This document shows positions 10,695-20,073 of a stretch of 64,000 nucleotides of DNA, one piece after another; the first letter of the stretch is position 1; every line of letters begins with the position of its first letter. The stretch spans positions 4,960,001 to 5,024,000 of the forward strand of contig OY970166.1 of assembly GCA_963706595.1 (NCBI GenBank), read 5' to 3'. The position numbers and the translations under genes are program-made. Below the pieces are notes generated by a model. The model saw only the letters and a list, made by a program, of their open reading frames with translations. It was not told the DNA's origin and made no database searches. Source of the DNA: an uncultured cyanobacterium. GTDB taxonomy: Bacteria; Cyanobacteriota; Cyanobacteriia; Cyanobacteriales; Nostocaceae.

Positions 10695-11522
10695 GTGAAA
10701 ACCGACAGTATTTTTTATCGCCTTTTTCAAGAGTTGCCCAGTATTTTTTTTGAATTAATTGGTAATTCACCCCAGCTTGCTGAAACTTACACATTCGCTT
10801 CCATAGAAATTAAGCAAACGGCATTTCGTATAGATGGCGTTTTTCTGCCGACACAAGGCGACCAGAACCCCATCTACTTTGTTGAGGTTCAGTTTCAAAA
10901 TGATACAGAAATTTATTCGCGCCTGTTTTCCGAAATATATTTATATTTGCGGCAAAATCAACCTAAAAACTCATGGCGAGGAGTAGTAATTTATCCCACG
11001 CGCAGCCTTGATACTTCAGATATCAATAATTACAGCGAATTTTTCACCAGCCAGCGTGTTACCCGCATTTATCTGGATGAATTAGGTGAAACAGTATCAT
11101 TGCCGATTGGGATTGCTACTATTAAATTAATAGTCGAAAATAAAGATACAGCAATTGTCACCGCCAGGAAATTAATAGACAGAAGCCAGCAAGAGATTAA
11201 CGCTGAACCAAAACGGCAGCAGTTACTACAATTAATAGAGACAATCTTGGTTTACAAGTTTCCCACAATGAGTCGAAAGGAGATAGAAGAAATGTTTGGG
11301 TTGAGCGATTTGAAACAAACACGAGTTTATCAAGAAGCTAAACAAGAAGGCTTGCAAGAAGGCTTGCAAGAAGGCATACAGGAAGGCATACAGGAAGGTA
11401 GTTTAAAAGCGAAATTAGCAGCAGTATCTCGATTATTGGCATTGGGTTTGACGGTTGAACAAATTGCCCAGGCGTTAGATTTGAATGTTGAACAAGTTAG
11501 GCAAGCTGCACAAGGGGATTAA
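10695..11522 (+). CDS. Rpn family recombination-promoting nuclease / putative transposase (DUF2887-like, PD-(D/E)xK)
   Basis: MKTDSIFYRLF, RIDGVF, FVEVQFQ; C-terminal QEG repeats and HTH-like tail. Confidence 0.9.
   Translation: MKTDSIFYRLFQELPSIFFELIGNSPQLAETYTFASIEIKQTAFRIDGVFLPTQGDQNPIYFVEVQFQNDTEIYSRLFSEIYLYLRQNQPKNSWRGVVIYPTRSLDTSDINNYSEFFTSQRVTRIYLDELGETVSLPIGIATIKLIVENKDTAIVTARKLIDRSQQEINAEPKRQQLLQLIETILVYKFPTMSRKEIEEMFGLSDLKQTRVYQEAKQEGLQEGLQEGIQEGIQEGSLKAKLAAVSRLLALGLTVEQIAQALDLNVEQVRQAAQGD
11343..11399 (+). repeat. in-frame 12-bp tandem repeat (CARGAAGGCWTR), about 4.75 copies
   Basis: Encodes QEGL QEGL QEGI QEGI QEG. Confidence 0.9.
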
Positions 11523-11581
11523 AGGCACTTAAATAATCCTAAATACCATCATCATCTTTAATTTTCACAAGTTTAAATTCT

Positions 11582-12634
11582 ATGGTTACACTATCTCCTA
11601 CTTTAAAAGCTAAACTCTCTCAACCCTTAAAAATCGGCTCCTTTGAGGTCAAAAGTCGAGTGCTTCAGTCGCCTTTATCTGGGGTGACAGATATGGTGTT
11701 TCGTCGTCTGGTGCGTCGCTATGCGCCAGATTCGATGTTGTATACAGAAATGGTAAATGCTACGGGGTTGCACTATGTGAAAGAGTTACCCAAAATTATG
11801 GAGGTAGACCCCAGGGAACGACCAATCAGTATTCAGCTATTTGATTGTCGCCCGGATTTCTTGGCAGAAGCCGCAATTAAGGCTGTTGCGGAGGGTGCTG
11901 ATACTATTGATATTAATATGGGCTGTCCGGTCAATAAAATTACTAAAAATGGTGGCGGTTCATCTTTATTACGTCAACCGGAAGTTGCTGAAGCGATTGT
12001 GCGGGAAGTAGTGAAGGCTGTTGGTGTCCCTGTTACGGTAAAAACCCGCATTGGCTGGAATGACCAGGAAATCACAATTTTGGATTTTGCCAAGCGCATG
12101 GAAGATGCTGGGGCGCAAATGATTACAGTGCATGGACGCACCCGCGCTCAAGGGTACAATGGTAATGCTCGATGGGAGTGGATTACCCGTGTGAAAGAAG
12201 TGCTTTCCATTCCGGTAATTGGGAATGGGGATATTTTTTCAGTAGAAGCGGCTGTAAGATGTTTGGAAGAAACTGGCGCTGATGGGGTGATGTGTTCTCG
12301 TGGGACTTTGGGTTATCCCTTTTTGGTGGGAGAAATAGACCATTTCTTGAAAACCGGGGAAATGTTACCGTCACCAAGTTCAATTCAGCTTTTGGAATGT
12401 GCCAAGGATCATTTACAGGCACTATGGGAATATAAAGGCGATCGCGGTGTCCGTCAAGCCCGTAAACACATGACTTGGTACGCGAAAGGTTTTGTCGGTG
12501 CGGCTGAGTTGCGGGGACAGCTAAGTTTAATTGAAACAGTGCAGCAAGGTTTAGATTTGATTGACCGAGGAATTGAACAGTTAAATCATAGTTATGAACC
12601 AATGGAGGAAGCAACGAATTTCCAAGTTGCTTAA
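11582..12634 (+). CDS. dusB: tRNA-dihydrouridine synthase DusB
   Basis: SPLSGVTD, DINMGCP, VHGRT and IGNGDI motifs. Confidence 0.93.
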   Translation: MVTLSPTLKAKLSQPLKIGSFEVKSRVLQSPLSGVTDMVFRRLVRRYAPDSMLYTEMVNATGLHYVKELPKIMEVDPRERPISIQLFDCRPDFLAEAAIKAVAEGADTIDINMGCPVNKITKNGGGSSLLRQPEVAEAIVREVVKAVGVPVTVKTRIGWNDQEITILDFAKRMEDAGAQMITVHGRTRAQGYNGNARWEWITRVKEVLSIPVIGNGDIFSVEAAVRCLEETGADGVMCSRGTLGYPFLVGEIDHFLKTGEMLPSPSSIQLLECAKDHLQALWEYKGDRGVRQARKHMTWYAKGFVGAAELRGQLSLIETVQQGLDLIDRGIEQLNHSYEPMEEATNFQVA

Positions 12635-12697
12635 TCTAAATCGACCCCAGATTCTTGCTCCCTCTCCTTACTAAGGAGAGGGTTGGGGTGAGGTTCT

Positions 12698-15600
12698 TTA
12701 ATTCTTTACCCCGACATATTTATTCTTCCCAGACTCAACCTTTGATTTTGCATAATTATTAGCTGTTCTACTGTCAAAATTATTAATACCAGCCAACATT
12801 AATTCATCCCGTTGATGCCAAATAGTAAATATTCTTTCCCTGCCATCATAGAATGTATCTGAATCTATTTGATATGCGTCATCGACTCGTTTTAATTTCA
12901 ACCCTAATAAGTTTAATAGCCGACCAAGTATTTTGATGGCTGAAATACGTTCTTTTCCCCTCACCAAATCAATACCTAGCAATCGTTTAATGTGTTTACT
13001 ATGCTGAGAAGCAATATCTTTAAGCAAAATTAAATCAGGATGATGTTCTGTAAATTTTCGTTCGGGTTCTAAGAATTGCAGCATTCCTAGCGCCCTCATA
13101 GCTTCAACTTTACAGGTATAAGTTTTTAAATCTGGCAGAAAAACCTTACCATCACCCCATAATAATTGTTGATGCCATTCTTGCTGGTCTCTAACATGAA
13201 AATACTCACTTTCATGTGTAAGATAATAGTGAATCAGTAATTGAAAATAGTACCCTTTATCATCTCGCAACTTTAATACAGGAGTAACTGGAATCCCATA
13301 TCTTTGTCTGAGGGTATATTTATCAATTTGGTGACGTTCTGCTTCCAAAAGAGAATGTTTATTTAATAGTTGCTCATATTCTAGATAATTAATATCTCGC
13401 GCTTTGGCTACAGCCGTCGCGGCTGATAATTGATGTTGCTGCTTAATTTCTCTAATTTGAAATTTAATGTCTTTAGCTTTTTGACGCTTATCTGCCCAAT
13501 CTCTTTGCACTTTAACGATTTCTACAACCAATCTTTTGCGGTTTTCTACATCGTCAGAATCTGTTGCCAAAAATGCTAGGCGTAAATCTCTCACTATATT
13601 GTTGTGGACAGCATTACTTCGCAACCAAATTTGATGTCCATCTGCTATTAAACCATCGTGCATTGATTGGCGATAGAGACGAATCGAAGCGTTTACCCTC
13701 GCAGATAACTTTGCCCAAGTCCGCAAATGTATCGGGTCATAAACTAATGGCAAATCTACATCTATTTTATGTAACGGACTGAGCAAAGCTAAGTTTTCTT
13801 TTTGATTTTCTTGATACCAATCAGATAGCAATCGATAATTTGTACTCCCACTTCCAATTAAGCCTATTCCTCGCTTGGCACACCAGACAATTCGAGGTAC
13901 ATCATCTCGGACTCTTGCTAATGCTTGTCGTGCTTCTGAGTCAGGAATTACACCTTGAAAAATGCCATAAACTCGGTCGAAGTGTTGAACATCAATACTA
14001 ATTCCTGTACCAAGACTAGGAGTAACAAAAACTGTATCATATTCAGGAATTTTCTGATTAATATCTCCGACAAAATCAACGGCTGCATGACCAGGTGTGC
14101 TGGTTGTACGACTACTAATTACCAATGATTTAGGAAATTGCTGTCGTAATTTTGCTAATCGTTCTTTGAGGTAGCCTTCAATTGTTTCGCAACTATAACG
14201 CCCAGAGCGACTATCTGTAGTAACGTAACATTTACGTCCTGCTATTAAATCTAATTCTAATTGATGAATCAACGGTGTGGGGTTAGGAGAGTCATAGAAA
14301 GTCACATTCCAGCCTTTCTGCGGTTTCCATTGATTTAACAGTACCCAAGGCGTTATTTTAATTCCTGATAATCTTTGTAAATATTCTAAAGATACATCTG
14401 ATAAGTCAGCATCTTGGGCAATTACTAACCCCCCTGTTGTCAAAACAGTAGAAATTAGCTGTTGAAATAATTTTAAAATTTTGACTCGTTTATGTTTACA
14501 AGTATCACTGTTGAGTAGATGCCACAAAGATTGTTCTACTTCATCTAGAATTAATATTGCCCCTTGCCAATCTTGGAGGTTGAGTTTCCAAATAGAATCA
14601 ACACATAAACCGAAAGATTTACTTTTTTTTAATGCTTTGCTGATCATAGGTAAAGTTTGATCTGCTGGCATTAAATATCGATTATTATCAAATCCCCACT
14701 GAATACCAATCTTCTCACACAAAAACCTACCTAATTGAATTCTGTGAGTAATTAACAATACGGGTCGATTTGAAGTTTTAGCTTGATTAACAATAGTTTG
14801 CAGTGCTGTGGTTTTTCCTGTGCCTTTGGCTGATTTTACTCCCACTAATCCCGCAATGGGGTAATTCACATCTTCTAAGTAAGGACAGTTGACTGTGAGT
14901 GCAGCCGGAATAGTTAACTGAGTATGGGGTTTGGTTTGGGCTAAATAAATCTCTAAATCAACACTTTGGCGATAAACTTTATCGAAACCACTTGTACCTT
15001 TAGCAGCAATTAGTTCATCAACACCTTTTTCTATTCCTGGAAGTTCAATAACTTTGATAGGGCATTTTTTTTCTTGGAATAAACAACCTAGTTGGGAAAT
15101 GGCGTTATTGATAGCCGCAATTTTTCTCGGTTGAGTTTCAAAATCAAAACAAATATAAAAGGGGCGTTTTGTGATTGCAAATGCTGCTAAGTCGGGAATT
15201 AGTTGGCGACTTGTGACTTTACCAGATATATCTTTGACAACCCGATAACCACTGGTAATTCCCGGAATGGCGATCGCAACGTATCCTTGTGTTAATAGTG
15301 CTGCTGCTTTCTTCACACCCTCGCAGATAATCACGGGTATCTTTTGTTGCATTACCCACAACCAAAACCCCTCAGCTTCTCCATGAGCATCAACGTTGAT
15401 ACTGCTGGGCATCGTTAAATTATACCGTTGCGAGACTTGCTGCCAAATTTTTATTGTCACCCGCAGACAAAATACCCGTGTTGGTGTGCTGGGTGGATGT
15501 TCGTACTTGATAGATTTACCATTCTGATTAATTCGGGGTTGGTTTGGTTTAAAACAGCCCCATTCCATTGATTCCCAGTGATTTAGAGGATCTAAACCAG

Positions 15601-15820
15601 AACACCACCAACCGCCTGCGGTAACATGATTGTAGCGCTGTAACCAACTATTTCTTATCTTACCAGTGTTCGTACGGGGAAGATGTTCAGAAATGAACAG
15701 ATACTCATAGGCTGATGCGTCTTGGAGAGATTGAAAATTAAGTTGCGCTAAGTGTAAATCTATACTACTACTCTTGACTAATTCCTCAAGGTGTTGGGTG
15801 TGTAAATAGTGCAGATGCAT
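12698..15820 (-). CDS. CyRepA1-family replication protein (DUF3854 TOPRIM-like domain plus helicase/origin-binding domain)
   Basis: KYEHP, ICEGVKKAAALL, KGVDE (DUF3854-like); Walker A SAKGTGKT, Walker B ILDEVEQ, TPSLGTGISID, QALARVR; 1040 aa. Confidence 0.85.
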   Translation of the reverse strand: MHLHYLHTQHLEELVKSSSIDLHLAQLNFQSLQDASAYEYLFISEHLPRTNTGKIRNSWLQRYNHVTAGGWWCSGLDPLNHWESMEWGCFKPNQPRINQNGKSIKYEHPPSTPTRVFCLRVTIKIWQQVSQRYNLTMPSSINVDAHGEAEGFWLWVMQQKIPVIICEGVKKAAALLTQGYVAIAIPGITSGYRVVKDISGKVTSRQLIPDLAAFAITKRPFYICFDFETQPRKIAAINNAISQLGCLFQEKKCPIKVIELPGIEKGVDELIAAKGTSGFDKVYRQSVDLEIYLAQTKPHTQLTIPAALTVNCPYLEDVNYPIAGLVGVKSAKGTGKTTALQTIVNQAKTSNRPVLLITHRIQLGRFLCEKIGIQWGFDNNRYLMPADQTLPMISKALKKSKSFGLCVDSIWKLNLQDWQGAILILDEVEQSLWHLLNSDTCKHKRVKILKLFQQLISTVLTTGGLVIAQDADLSDVSLEYLQRLSGIKITPWVLLNQWKPQKGWNVTFYDSPNPTPLIHQLELDLIAGRKCYVTTDSRSGRYSCETIEGYLKERLAKLRQQFPKSLVISSRTTSTPGHAAVDFVGDINQKIPEYDTVFVTPSLGTGISIDVQHFDRVYGIFQGVIPDSEARQALARVRDDVPRIVWCAKRGIGLIGSGSTNYRLLSDWYQENQKENLALLSPLHKIDVDLPLVYDPIHLRTWAKLSARVNASIRLYRQSMHDGLIADGHQIWLRSNAVHNNIVRDLRLAFLATDSDDVENRKRLVVEIVKVQRDWADKRQKAKDIKFQIREIKQQHQLSAATAVAKARDINYLEYEQLLNKHSLLEAERHQIDKYTLRQRYGIPVTPVLKLRDDKGYYFQLLIHYYLTHESEYFHVRDQQEWHQQLLWGDGKVFLPDLKTYTCKVEAMRALGMLQFLEPERKFTEHHPDLILLKDIASQHSKHIKRLLGIDLVRGKERISAIKILGRLLNLLGLKLKRVDDAYQIDSDTFYDGRERIFTIWHQRDELMLAGINNFDSRTANNYAKSKVESGKNKYVGVKN

Positions 15821-16097
15821 GGAGTGACCCTTGAACGGAATACGATGGATTTAAAACTTACCATGCTTTCGCTGATTTTTTATGGAAGAGATTACGAGGG
15901 TTTTATGATACTTTTTTTACCTCGTTCTAGTGAATACATCGGTGAGTCATCAAGTGGATGATTCTGCCAGAGTAGATTGCTGAAGTAATAAGCTTGTATT
16001 GTAATATTTGCTGATTATTAATTTTAATTTTTCAGTATATTTTCTATTTTGTTAGCGTAAGGGTACTATAAGAAATTTGTATAAATTAGTTTTAGGA

Positions 16098-16145
16098 TTT
16101 TTTAACGCAGAGGGGCGCGGAGGTAAGCGCAAAGGTACGCAGAGG
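16098..16145. repeat. dispersed repeat TTTTTAACGCAGAGGGGCGCGGAGGT...; second copy at about 47401-47451
   Basis: About 26 nt identical between the two loci. Confidence 0.8.
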
Positions 16146-16154
16146 TTTTTGTAT

Positions 16155-17675
16155 TTATCTGTGTTCATCTGGAATACACACATCTGGCGCACACAAACCA
16201 GGAAATTCTAACGTTGTCACTTCAAAGCTTTTCAAATCTACCCGACGGATAACGTGGTTATTCGTATCACTAATATATAGATAGCCACCCATAACACTCA
16301 ATCCCGAAGGTTCAAAAAAACGTGTATTCTGCCCTTTACCATCTTGTAAACCCGCAGAACCATCTCCCAAAACTGTTTGACAATTGCCTGTACTGGGACT
16401 GACTAATTTAATCTTGTGATTATATGTATCTGCTACCCACAGATAATTTTGGGCAGATTCAACTCCTAAACAATGCTGTAAGCGGACGTTCTCACCTTGT
16501 CCATCGATATCACCAAAACCAAATAATTGCCTACTACCACAAATGGTTCTGACTTGCTGCGGTTCTTTCAGTCCCACACCACGAATTGAACTTACTTCAC
16601 TATCAGCAATATATAATTCTTGTCCATTGGTAGTGATTCCACTAGGTTGGGCAAATACTGACTCGGTAAGTAAACCATCTACACAAGCTTCTGCACCAGT
16701 TCCAGCATAGGTGTTAACGATACCGCTTTCTAAGTTCATTTGCCAAATTTGATGCGACCCAGCCATTGCAATAAACAGGGTTTGTCCCAATTGCACCACA
16801 TCCCAAGGGGAATTCAAGGACGTTTCTAGTCCAGCACCCCCATGAGGACGGATATTGTGGCTTTGTTCACCAGTTCCGGCGATGGTTTCTACTATTTGAC
16901 GCTTGAGGTCAACTCGTCGCAGGGTATGATTTTCTGTATCAGCAACAAAGAGAATTTGATTTTCTGGATCAAATGCCATTCCTTGGGGTGCGAAAAACTG
17001 CGCTTCGTTAAATGCGCCATCGGTTAAGCCAGATTTTCCCGTTCCAATTAAGTGCAGAATTTCCCCGTCGTAGTTACTCATTACTACACGGTGATGTCCA
17101 GAGTCAGCGATAAATAAGCCGGCTGGAGTGGCGAGAACTTTACCAGGAAAAGCCAATGGTGTAATTAATGGTTGGCGCTGTTTTTCTAAAGTGAGTCTGA
17201 GTTCCTGGAAATTAATCGTACCTTTTGCTTGGTGTTGACTAATTAATTGCTGAATTAATTCGTCTAAAGTATCACGCTTGCCTTCACCAGAAAGATCACC
17301 AATTACGTAACCTTCTGGATCAATAATCATGAAGGTAGGCCAAGCACGCACAGTATACTCTTCCCAAACCCGAAAATCTCTATCTACTAAAACTGGATGT
17401 TCGATGTCGTAGCGCAGGATGGCTTGGCGAATATTCTCAATCTCTTTTTCGTTGTCAAATTTGGCAGAGTGTACGCCGATAACGGTGAGGCTATCTGGAT
17501 ATTTTTGTTCTAAATATTTCAAATCTGGCAGAATGTGCAGACAATTAATACAGCAATATGTCCAAAAGTCCAAAATTATCACTCTACCCCTGAGTTCTTT
17601 GAGAGACAAAGGTTGATCAGTGTTGAGCCAAGTGTAATTTTGTGGTAGTTCTGGCGCTCTGACACGGGGAGTCAT
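16155..17675 (-). CDS. thioredoxin-like plus NHL-repeat beta-propeller protein (SOQ1/NHLRC2-like)
   Basis: DFWTYCCINC, GVHSAKF; repeated ADT/S.NH NHL units. Confidence 0.92.
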   Translation of the reverse strand: MTPRVRAPELPQNYTWLNTDQPLSLKELRGRVIILDFWTYCCINCLHILPDLKYLEQKYPDSLTVIGVHSAKFDNEKEIENIRQAILRYDIEHPVLVDRDFRVWEEYTVRAWPTFMIIDPEGYVIGDLSGEGKRDTLDELIQQLISQHQAKGTINFQELRLTLEKQRQPLITPLAFPGKVLATPAGLFIADSGHHRVVMSNYDGEILHLIGTGKSGLTDGAFNEAQFFAPQGMAFDPENQILFVADTENHTLRRVDLKRQIVETIAGTGEQSHNIRPHGGAGLETSLNSPWDVVQLGQTLFIAMAGSHQIWQMNLESGIVNTYAGTGAEACVDGLLTESVFAQPSGITTNGQELYIADSEVSSIRGVGLKEPQQVRTICGSRQLFGFGDIDGQGENVRLQHCLGVESAQNYLWVADTYNHKIKLVSPSTGNCQTVLGDGSAGLQDGKGQNTRFFEPSGLSVMGGYLYISDTNNHVIRRVDLKSFEVTTLEFPGLCAPDVCIPDEHR

Positions 17676-17695
17676 AGAGTATCCTTTGGTTTTAG

Positions 17696-18166
17696 CTTAA
17701 ACAGCAAGAAGCCTCTCACTTAACACGATAGCGGAAGTGATGAGATGAATTGCGCGTGAATTGACGACAGTCTCCCGACCAATGCGACAGCGAGGAAGGG
17801 AGACACGGAGGAAACGAGCAAAATATTTTAAATTTGGTATAATCGATTTGGTTGACTTCACCCATATTGGTGTCTGATAAGCCTCTGTCCAATAGCATTA
17901 CGATTATTGGTAAGCGACTCCGTTGCACAGCATAGAAGCAAGTAGGCACATCTTGATTAATACAGATCACCTCCGGGTTTGTCCTATAGCGCGAATAAGC
18001 CAGCATCTCATCCAGGACAGTAAAATTTGTAGGGTACAAGGTAAGAAATTGCATAGTCTGCGGAGGGGCTTCTCGTGGACTTAAAACAAAGCTCAGTCAA
18101 TGTCTTCATAGAAGAGTCGCTGAGAAGCCTACACTGTATGCTTGCATCAGTGTAGGAGTATGTCAC
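17696..18166 (+). mobile_element. non-autonomous IS200/IS605-derived element (PATE-like), 471 bp, with tnpB-like 3' tail
   Basis: Left end: TTAG|...AAGC plus hairpin CTCTCACTT..AAGTGATGAG. Right end: GAAG plus hairpin CCTACACTG..CAGTGTAGG plus TCAC|. No intact transposase ORF. Confidence 0.8.
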
Positions 18167-18201
18167 TGGTAGGCGATACTAATATAGTTGTCTCATAATC
18201 C

Positions 18202-18225
18202 GGGCGGGCAGGATGCCCACCCCAC
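18202..18225. repeat. GTRG-type REP-like hairpin GGGCGGGCARGATGCCCACCCCA; copies at 28373-28396, 38033-38056 (reverse) and 48246-48269
   Basis: Four near-identical 24-mers in the window. Confidence 0.85.
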
Positions 18226-18240
18226 AAAATGGTTGATTTT

Positions 18241-18320
18241 CAGCAGTTTTCATGGAAATGAAGTACAGATATAGTTAATAATTTTTTGATCAACTATATC
18301 TGTACTTCCGAACTGCTGTA
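18241..18320. repeat. MITE-like palindromic element with (TA)CAGCA..TGCTGTA ends; relatives at 37983-38081 and 48805-48961
   Basis: 17-bp perfect IR GAAGTACAGATATAGTT/AACTATATCTGTACTTC nested in CAGCAGTT/AACTGCTG. Confidence 0.7.
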
Positions 18321-18366
18321 TTTCTGCCAAATTACTTCTTATCTGCCCTCTTCGCTGGTGTTTTGG

Positions 18367-20073
18367 TTATTTCTCCATAGTGGTAACTTTGTATTCTCCA
18401 GCCCTTTCTTCCTGTTCTGGTACAGGCTTAGTTTCTGGAACTACTGGAGACTCACTGGGAGATAATTTAAATTTTGGCAACTGTCGCGGGTTGAAATATC
18501 TTTTTAATGACGGTTTTTCAGGGTCGGGAGCAATTTTTGTGGGTAACGGTATTGATTCACCTGTTGGCGTTTCCTCTGGTTGTTCTTTCTGTGTAGGTGA
18601 CTCACTAGATTTTGGCGTTTCTGGTTTAGCTAATTTTTCCGGTGCTTCAACTTGAGGTGTGGGAATGATCTCAGGTTCTGCTTCTGATGCAGGTGATTCA
18701 ATAATTTCTGGTAGTGTCGGGGGTAAACTTGTTGACGGTTCAGTTGTCGAGACTGAACGACGTTGGAAAAATCCCTCAAATTTTGGCGTTTCTGGTTTAG
18801 CTACTTTTTCTTCCGGTGTTTCAATTTGAGGTGTGGGAATGATTTCAGGTTCTGCTTCTGATGCAGGTGACTCAATAATCTCTGGTAATGTCGGGGGTAA
18901 ACTCGGTGACGGTTCTATTGTCGGGACTGCACGACGTTTGAAGAATCCCTCAGACTTTGATGTTTCGTTTGCTTCAACTTGGGGTGTCGGTTTTACGGGT
19001 GTTTCTGGAACTTCAGTTTTAGGAATAATCTGAGGCTGTGATTCTGGTGTTGTTTCAACGCTGGGGGTAGGTGTAGGTTCAACTACTGGTTTCTTCGCAG
19101 TGTAATTGGGGTCTACAATACTACGCACCTGATCCGCCTTCAATTCTCCTCTAACAATTCTCGAAAGTGTGTCTTTACCCTGGGGCTGATAATTAATCAG
19201 TCTGGCTGTGGTATTAAAGGCATTTTTTAGAGGATTTCCCTGATTATCGAGAAATTCTAGTTTTACCCAGTTGTTACCGGGTTTGAAGCCCTTGAGGTAA
19301 ATTGGTTGCCAACGATCCAAAATGAAGCTTTCATTATTAATTGTGCAACGAATGCGCCAATCGCTGAACGTATCGTTAGGGTTGTCTTCAGCTACTAGGC
19401 GCAGAGGCGCGTTAGTTAAATAAAAGTCCAGTAAAATTGGTTCTGCACCGTAACTGCCTTTAGGACGGCTGTAAGTTAGTACAGGCAGAGTAGGATCAGG
19501 GTTATTGTCCTCAGTCTTAGTGAAAATATGAAATGTTGTCTGGGCGTAAGCACCTTCATTTTTAAAGCTTTCGTGCCAAGGACGAGAAGCAAAAACGCGT
19601 AGGGTATGTGTACCAGGAGAAACTTCTGGTAAAACTAGAGGTTTATTTACATCGTACACAGCTATATAAGGTTGGTTATCGAGAATTACGTGTAAATGAG
19701 GCCCTAATTCCAATTCAGGATCTTTAAATATTGGTATATCCTTGACCCGAAAGCTGACTGTAACTGTACTGTCTTGGAGGACTTCATCAGGTTGGGGAGA
19801 TAGGATTGTCACCTGTGGCCGATAATTTTCTAAGGTGAGGCGCAGTTCCTGGATGACCTCTGGTGGGGATACTTCGGAAAATTGCTGAGAAATTTGAGAA
19901 ATTTTGGGCGGGTTATTTCTTTGGCTAAAAGGTACTTCTTGACTACCAGCTTTTTCACCACAACTGGTTAGACTCAATACCAGCACCAATGTCATCAGCC
20001 ACTTAAAAATATTAAATTTCAGAGAAAATATTTGCTTTAGCACCCCTGGCTGCCACGATTTCATGCATTTCAT
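18367..20073 (-). CDS. conserved cyanobacterial putative lipoprotein with a Pro/Glu/Thr-rich C-terminal tail
   Basis: Lipobox-like LSLTSC; GPHLHVILDN and FASRPWHESFK conserved-looking core; low-complexity tail. Confidence 0.8.
   Translation of the reverse strand: MKCMKSWQPGVLKQIFSLKFNIFKWLMTLVLVLSLTSCGEKAGSQEVPFSQRNNPPKISQISQQFSEVSPPEVIQELRLTLENYRPQVTILSPQPDEVLQDSTVTVSFRVKDIPIFKDPELELGPHLHVILDNQPYIAVYDVNKPLVLPEVSPGTHTLRVFASRPWHESFKNEGAYAQTTFHIFTKTEDNNPDPTLPVLTYSRPKGSYGAEPILLDFYLTNAPLRLVAEDNPNDTFSDWRIRCTINNESFILDRWQPIYLKGFKPGNNWVKLEFLDNQGNPLKNAFNTTARLINYQPQGKDTLSRIVRGELKADQVRSIVDPNYTAKKPVVEPTPTPSVETTPESQPQIIPKTEVPETPVKPTPQVEANETSKSEGFFKRRAVPTIEPSPSLPPTLPEIIESPASEAEPEIIPTPQIETPEEKVAKPETPKFEGFFQRRSVSTTEPSTSLPPTLPEIIESPASEAEPEIIPTPQVEAPEKLAKPETPKSSESPTQKEQPEETPTGESIPLPTKIAPDPEKPSLKRYFNPRQLPKFKLSPSESPVVPETKPVPEQEERAGEYKVTTMEK
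18611..18951 (-). repeat. about 171-bp in-frame tandem duplication within the lipoprotein tail
   Basis: EGFF.RR...SLPPTLPEIIESPASEAEPEIIPTPQ..AKPETPK occurs twice. Confidence 0.9.

Noticed and set aside
15821..16150. Plasmid origin, iterons or att sites beside the CyRepA1-like gene
   Set aside because: No convincing direct repeats, integrase or tRNA visible; AT-richness alone is not enough
17716..18054. 112-aa minus-strand ORF as TnpA
   Set aside because: No HUH or catalytic Tyr motif; it lies antisense across the non-coding IS derivative
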